Source: Amphiura filiformis (taxonomy: Eukaryota). From it: a stretch of 64,000 nt of DNA. The position numbers and the translations under genes are program-made. The stretch is from contig NC_092630.1 in the NCBI RefSeq assembly GCF_039555335.1, forward strand, positions 31,212,769 to 31,276,768, in the 5' to 3' direction. Under the pieces are notes generated by a model. The model did no database searches. It saw nothing but the letters and a program-made list of their open reading frames with translations, and was not told the origin of the DNA. Shown here in pieces: positions 60,728 to 64,000 of this stretch. Numbering within the stretch: the first letter of the stretch is position 1; each line of letters begins with the position of its first letter.

Positions 60728-61915
60728 TTACAAAATAATGCAAGTTTTCGATTGCGGAGTTGGTGACGATGTTTGATGTCTTGCTGAGGGAGTTCCACGT
60801 ACTTCACCATTTTGTCCACTACGTTCGCTACTACTGCGATTTCTTCTCACCTTCTGCAAGGTTTCTTCGTCAAGAAAACCTTCCAGCTGCTGCACTTCTT
60901 GTGAAACCTCGCGGAGTTCCGTTTCCAATTTAGCTACCCTCTCATCCTTTGCCTGATCATCTTTGACAAATCTTTTCAGTCTCAACTGCAAGTCTTTCAC
61001 TTTGCGATCACTCTCCTCTTTCTCTTCAAGAATTTCTGTAACCTTTTCACGCAGATATTTCTCCGTGTCTTGTTGCTGAGAAAGTTCGTGAGCAAGATAA
61101 TCTGCTTGCACTCGAAAACCATCTCGCTGCCGTGCCTTTTCATTTACGTCACTGACAGAAGATGATTTGGATAACGATCTTTCGGCTTTCTTTGAATCAT
61201 CTTCCCTATTTTCCAATTTTGTGCGTAATTCAGCATTTTGCTCACGAAGAGAATCTAACTGCAACTCTGCAGCTAAGAATTTTGTGTGCAAGGTTCCATA
61301 TGTCTCTCGGAGTTGCTCTTCAGTAAGAACAGAGATGTCGTATTCATCATTACCATTTTCCTTAGCGCATTCCACAGTTGCAGGAATGTCTTGATCATTT
61401 GGAGAATCCGATGTGACATTATTGTTAGGTGGCTCAGTTTTACTTTCCCCGTTTACCTCAGGCTCATTAGGCGACTCTGTTTTCTCGTCGCCATTCTTGT
61501 TTTCAACACCATTTTGAATGTCATTTTCAGTTGTTGGAGGTGCTTCGGATTTGTTTTCTGAAGTATCGTCGGTCATCTTGTTTGATTCAACACCCTCGTT
61601 GGCAGAACTATCAACTTGTTCATCTTGTTTTTCAGAGTTGTCTTGCGTATCTTCTGTTCTATTTTCTTCATTCGTTACATCATGCACTTCGGCAACATCG
61701 CCATTAGATTCTGTGTCACCGTTCACTTTAGGTTTGTCCTCATCGTGATCTTTCGTCTCTTGAACTGCAGAATGATCATGCGTCGTCCCGTCTTCCATCA
61801 CCGTTACCTCTGTACGATCTTCAGGAGCTGTCATCACCTTTTCCGCCGAGTCTTCTTGATTTGGAGGCGATGTTTCCTCAGCTAAAGCTTCTGCAGGTGG
61901 CTCTGCCATTTTCAT
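60728..61915 (-). CDS. Intronless 395-aa ORF: acidic, Ser/Asp/Glu-rich N-terminal half, then a coiled coil of about 150 aa (…LQLDSLREQNAELRTKLE…KDLQLRLKRF…KLETELREVSQEVQQLEGFL…), then a C-terminal CaaX box (…QSKTCIIL*). Family not assigned.
   Basis: This is by far the longest ORF in the window. It starts with a real ATG (ATGAAAATGG, good Kozak context) immediately preceded by an in-frame TGA. The four C-terminal residues C-I-I-L fit the CaaX consensus, with a terminal Leu implying geranylgeranylation. An acceptor-like ttatttacag lies about 65 nt upstream of the ATG, suggesting a spliced 5'UTR. Confidence 0.7.
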   Translation of the reverse strand: MKMAEPPAEALAEETSPPNQEDSAEKVMTAPEDRTEVTVMEDGTTHDHSAVQETKDHDEDKPKVNGDTESNGDVAEVHDVTNEENRTEDTQDNSEKQDEQVDSSANEGVESNKMTDDTSENKSEAPPTTENDIQNGVENKNGDEKTESPNEPEVNGESKTEPPNNNVTSDSPNDQDIPATVECAKENGNDEYDISVLTEEQLRETYGTLHTKFLAAELQLDSLREQNAELRTKLENREDDSKKAERSLSKSSSVSDVNEKARQRDGFRVQADYLAHELSQQQDTEKYLREKVTEILEEKEESDRKVKDLQLRLKRFVKDDQAKDERVAKLETELREVSQEVQQLEGFLDEETLQKVRRNRSSSERSGQNGEVRGTPSARHQTSSPTPQSKTCIIL

Positions 61916-62404
61916 GATTCAGTCGCGGTATGGTAAACGTTTAATTTTAGAATCAATCAGAATTGGTTTGCGTAGCTAGGAATACCTGTAAATAACATAA
62001 ATCAAGAGGTTGACACACGATTAAGATACTCAAAAAGATAACGTGACACAATTAAACAGTAGAGTCATGCTCCTAGCAACACAGAGAACAAATGTTTGCC
62101 AACAAGGTAGAGACGGTACATAAACTTATTTGCTTCTCTATTTAATTTAAGTTGATTTAAACAAACACAAGTTTCTGTACTTTAATTCTGTATGGTCTTA
62201 ATGGTAATAACATCTGACTTGTTATAAAAACAGGGAAAATCTGTTCAAACTGACCAGCGGGGAACCAAAGGATGGATCCAAAAGAATACGACAGTGTCAC
62301 ACTAACAATGGATAAAATTAAAAAACTGGGAAAATATGACCCAACATCCAATGGGGGGGGGGAGTAACACAGAACATATAACATGTATAAACAAAGTTAT
62401 AACG

Positions 62405-62800
62405 ATCCAACGTTTCGAAAAGACAAACCCGCTTTTTCTTTTCAAGGGATAAAATAAGAGACCTGCTCTCAATATAGTGGAGACATAAGAGACCTGCTCT
62501 CAATATAGTGGAAACATAAGAGACCTGCTCTCAATATAGTGGAGACATAAGAGACCTGCTCTCAATATAGTGGAGACATTTGAGGCCTGCTCTCAATATA
62601 GTGGAGACCAGCTAAGAGCAAAAAACAGCCGACTAAGTCAGACATTAAAAACTGCGAAAATATGACACAACATCCAATGCTAAGAACTGGTCTCCACTAT
62701 ATTGAGAACAGGTCTCTTAAATCTCCACTATATTGAGAGCAGGTCTTTTATTTTATCCCTTGAAAAAGAAAAAGTTTTGTCTTTTCGAGACGTCGGGTTT
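62405..62800. mobile_element. Foldback element containing a 31-bp tandem array (agagacctgctctcaatatagtggagacata ×5 at about 62455-62610, plus 2 inverted units at about 62690-62750); about 70-bp TIRs
   Basis: The TIR cgtttcgaaaagacaaacccgctttttcttttcaagggataaaataagagacctgctctcaatatagtggag is matched by its reverse complement at 62690-62795. The element lies about 500 bp upstream of the CaaX-ORF start. Confidence 0.7.
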
Positions 62801-64000
62801 TTAACTTTGTTGACCAGTTTGAAACTTCCTTTTGATATCAGGCTTGTCAGCACGTATAAATCACTTCAATCCCGAGGTTAATTTTTAATTCAGTCAATCA
62901 GTCTTTGTTAGGATATTTATCTTCTCAAATATATTCTTTCAATTACAAAATAAAATCATCAAGACCTTGTAAAATTTGATAATGATATCTAACTTCTAAG
63001 TATAAATCAATTGGGAGAATTTTGGCAATGGCATCAATAACTTTGCTTATTTTATGAGTCTGAAAACTTGTGAAGTACAATAAACAAGAAGTTTAATTAC
63101 AATTGAGTAACTGTTTCGGTGCAATTAATACAGTGATGCGTTAACTTCATGGTATCTTACAATTAATTAAATATATGTGGTGTTATCTTGCATTACATGG
63201 CTATCAATGTCCTTTTCCGTCACACCAAATAAAGGATTTGATTATCGCTTGATAAATTTAAGTATTGTATCGCTCTAAATACCTTACTGATAAACAAGAC
63301 CAAGCTGGCGTGACACGAGATGGTTTACTGGTGTTCAATTTTTGTTTGGACCAAACATTGACTACGTAACCATGGCAACCAAGTAGGTGGTAATAGAATT
63401 GAAAGCCTCAAAGTGTTTCATGCCAATTTATTATGACGCGTCGAAACGAAATGTTTTTGCGACATACTTAACTATTAGAAGTAGAAGCTCAATATTCTTA
63501 AAACATTTTTAATCATTGATTGGAATATCATGTCCAAAAATATTACTTCAACTAGGCCTATACATTTATTTTACAATTCTAGTCCTAACAGTAAAATATA
63601 TTGAATGTAAATTTGTTTTTGGTATTAGTGACTTAAGTTTTAGTTAGAATAACACACGTAAGCGTATTACCTTTAAGCTGCATCAGCGACCAGAAATATC
63701 TGCCAATTAGCTCGGCAATGTGACCCAAGTTTACAACTTTTCCATGAAGTTACCACTACATATTTTGAGCATAATTAGACAAGAATTATGTTCAAATTGT
63801 GTCAAATGTCAGCCTTATATCCACGTAAGCGTAGAAGTGTACATATGTATAGGTTGTACTTTATCGTCTGAGGGGGTCATCCTGGTAAAACATGTGTATG
63901 CCCTCTCGAACCTCAGTAACGAAATGTTTACAGAACTTTTTGGTGCATTTAATTTTTATCTAGTTTAACTTGAAACTTTTTACTTCACTGTTTTGCTATC

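Noticed and set aside
1-64000. Prokaryotic-style features (operons, CRISPR arrays, defense systems, rRNA genes)
   Set aside because: The sequence has spliceosomal introns with GT-AG boundaries, metazoan orthologs and MITEs, and it has no prokaryotic-style direct-repeat/spacer arrays or rDNA.

Overview
This is eukaryotic (metazoan) nuclear DNA, AT-rich and intron-containing, so I found no prokaryotic-style system such as an operon, CRISPR array or defense island. It is most likely from a marine invertebrate, but the phylum cannot be fixed from sequence alone. I reconstructed four protein-coding genes by reading both strands and matching exon translations to conserved proteins recalled from memory. 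(1) A multi-exon HDHD5/CECR5-like HAD-family hydrolase on the minus strand, with terminal exon at 2315-2765 and exons at 5841-5983, 13209-13417, 15593-15689, 16478-16590 and 21640-21837. It spans at least 19.5 kb, and its 5' Met exon was not located in the window. (2) A complete ISY1 pre-mRNA splicing factor ortholog on the minus strand, with 8 coding exons from 30411 to 38538. (3) A complete IMP4 (U3 snoRNP, Brix domain) ortholog on the plus strand, with 8 coding exons from 45251 to 55413. (4) An intronless 395-aa ORF on the minus strand (60728-61915) encoding an acidic N-terminus, a coiled coil, and a C-terminal CaaX prenylation box (CIIL). I could not assign it to a known family. Almost all other ORFs in the supplied six-frame track are spurious; the track uses GTG/TTG as alternative starts and many ORFs lie inside repeats. 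The non-coding space is densely packed with short inverted-repeat elements (MITEs and foldback elements). These include a 4-copy ~350-bp family flanked by TTAA (piggyBac-like), two ~650-bp giant palindromic foldback elements 17 kb apart, several 200-600-bp TIR elements, a 1.4-kb TIR element, and a nested TE-in-TE insertion. There is also a tRNA-derived SINE, a degraded Gypsy-type integrase fragment flanked by direct repeats, tandem repeats, and long G/C homopolymers. Three further observations deserve a second look: coding sequence in IMP4 and ISY1 starts directly after a strong 3' splice acceptor with the initiator ATG not contiguous; the palindrome TAGGCCTA is strongly over-represented across 6.5-8.2 kb; and two candidate plus-strand first exons lie inside an HDHD5 intron. 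All coordinates were derived by hand from the sequence, partly anchored to ORF-track frames, so expect errors of 1-3 bp at boundaries.
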